DNA from: a virus
Taxonomy: Duplodnaviria > Caudoviricetes
Direction: 5' to 3' (one strand)
Virus record (IMG/VR): IMGVR_UViG_3300020044_005149
Span: 1-35,218 of that record
DNA: 35,218 nt
The position numbers and the translations under genes are program-made. The notes beneath the pieces were generated by a model. It worked only from the letters and a program-made list of their open reading frames with translations, did no database searches and had not been told where the DNA came from. This document shows, piece by piece, positions 34,390 through 35,218 of the stretch (position 1 is its first letter; each line of letters opens with the position of its first letter).

Positions 34390-34746
34390 ATGGCGACGAC
34401 TAAAGCGGAGTTTCAGGATTTAGCAGACGAACTCATTAATGATGAGTTTGCAGGCTTTCGCCAGGCTTTAGTTATCACGAGCGGCGGAAGTTATAACCCA
34501 GTCACAGAAACAGTCACAGGCGCGACGAATCGCACATATCAGGCTGTTAAGTTCTCAGTTGACGTAGTTGATTGGCAAGGTACTGATGCGCAGCAGAGCG
34601 ACACAGGCGCGGTTTACACTCGCATTGATAGCTTTGTGCCGAGCGTAGGCGATTATTGCACATTGGGCGGAGTGGCGATGTCTATTGTTGCGCTTAAACT
34701 CGATGCAGCAGATGCGACAGTTAAGCTTGTGCTGAGGGCTAGATAA
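34390..34746 (+). CDS. Head closure / head-tail connector protein
   Basis: 118 aa with a 'G.YNPVT' motif, between adaptor and neck genes. Confidence 0.7.
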   Translation: MATTKAEFQDLADELINDEFAGFRQALVITSGGSYNPVTETVTGATNRTYQAVKFSVDVVDWQGTDAQQSDTGAVYTRIDSFVPSVGDYCTLGGVAMSIVALKLDAADATVKLVLRAR

Positions 34747-35132
34747 TGGCTGTTGACTACGAGAAAGAGTTATCCATTGCGGCAGAGCTAACGGCAGACG
34801 TTGCGCAGGAAATCCGCAAGTTGGGGATTTTAGTGGATCAAACCATTGTTGCTGCAACGCCATTTGACACGGGGCGGGCTAAGTCGAATTGGCTGATGGG
34901 TATCAACACACCGCCAGGCGGAACCAATGAAAGCAACATTGACAAAACGGGTAGCTATGCGCTTGAGCTTGCTAAGTCTGTTGCTGCGCAATATCCAGAC
35001 AACGAATTGCCTGATTTATGGATTGTTAACAACTTGCCTTACATCCAGCGACTCAATGAAGGCTGGTCTGCGCAGGCTGGCACAAAATACATCGAACAAG
35101 CTATTGATCAGGCGGTAAGCTATGGCAGATAA
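34746..35132 (+). CDS. Neck / tail component (HK97 gp10-like)
   Basis: 'TPFDTGRAKSNW' and 'NNLPYIQRLNEGWSAQA' motifs. Confidence 0.85.
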   Translation: MAVDYEKELSIAAELTADVAQEIRKLGILVDQTIVAATPFDTGRAKSNWLMGINTPPGGTNESNIDKTGSYALELAKSVAAQYPDNELPDLWIVNNLPYIQRLNEGWSAQAGTKYIEQAIDQAVSYGR

Positions 35133-35218
35133 AAGATTTAGCGAAGCGGTAAAAAGCATTACCGCACAGATTGCAGGAACACCGCCAGCAGGCGTTTCAA
35201 TTTACTATCCAAACCAAA
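35098..35218. repeat. Terminal direct repeat, copy 2 (circular overlap)
   Basis: Identical to bases 1-121. Confidence 0.97.

Noticed and set aside
108-35118. Numerous antisense and nested ORFs in the six-frame track (e.g. 2850-3179, 6897-7259, 15477-15869, 21939-22370, 25130-25522)
   Set aside because: They are shadows of well-supported genes, without RBS or recognisable motifs.
35098-35218. 121-bp terminal repeat as a biological DTR or att site
   Set aside because: It falls inside overlapping structural genes far from terminase, and its length suits an assembler k-mer overlap. It indicates circular completeness only.

Overview
The window is one complete, circularly permuted tailed-phage genome of about 35,097 bp. 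Bases 1-121 repeat exactly at 35098-35218, which is most likely an assembly overlap. The gene set is siphovirus-type, and a gammaproteobacterial host is inferred. Rightward late genes run from 26.4 kb across the junction to 13.0 kb: terminase, SPP1-gp7-like head protein, portal, scaffold, major capsid, neck, tail tube, a chaperone with a -1 frameshift, tape measure, tail tip, beta-helix tailspike, lysis genes and a polysaccharide-deacetylase-like gene. A leftward early arm at 13.0-18.3 kb carries a RecE-like exonuclease, SSB and many small HTH or membrane proteins. A rightward replication arm at 18.4-26.3 kb carries a Cro-like HTH, HNH nuclease, SF2 helicase, VRR-NUC, primase-polymerase/VapE and an iteron-rich origin. 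I saw no integrase, CI-type repressor, tRNA, CRISPR array or reverse transcriptase. The most interesting unexplained signals are non-coding. Two stand-alone structured small-RNA candidates (about 26335-26402 and 32711-32904) are each followed by a terminator and the identical 12-mer TTGCGCTATACT ahead of a late operon. A textbook CsrA/RsmE hairpin precedes an unannotated 26-aa peptide coupled to a multi-pass membrane protein. Three apparent 1-nt frameshifts at short homopolymers are also present. All family assignments come from recalled motifs, not database searches.
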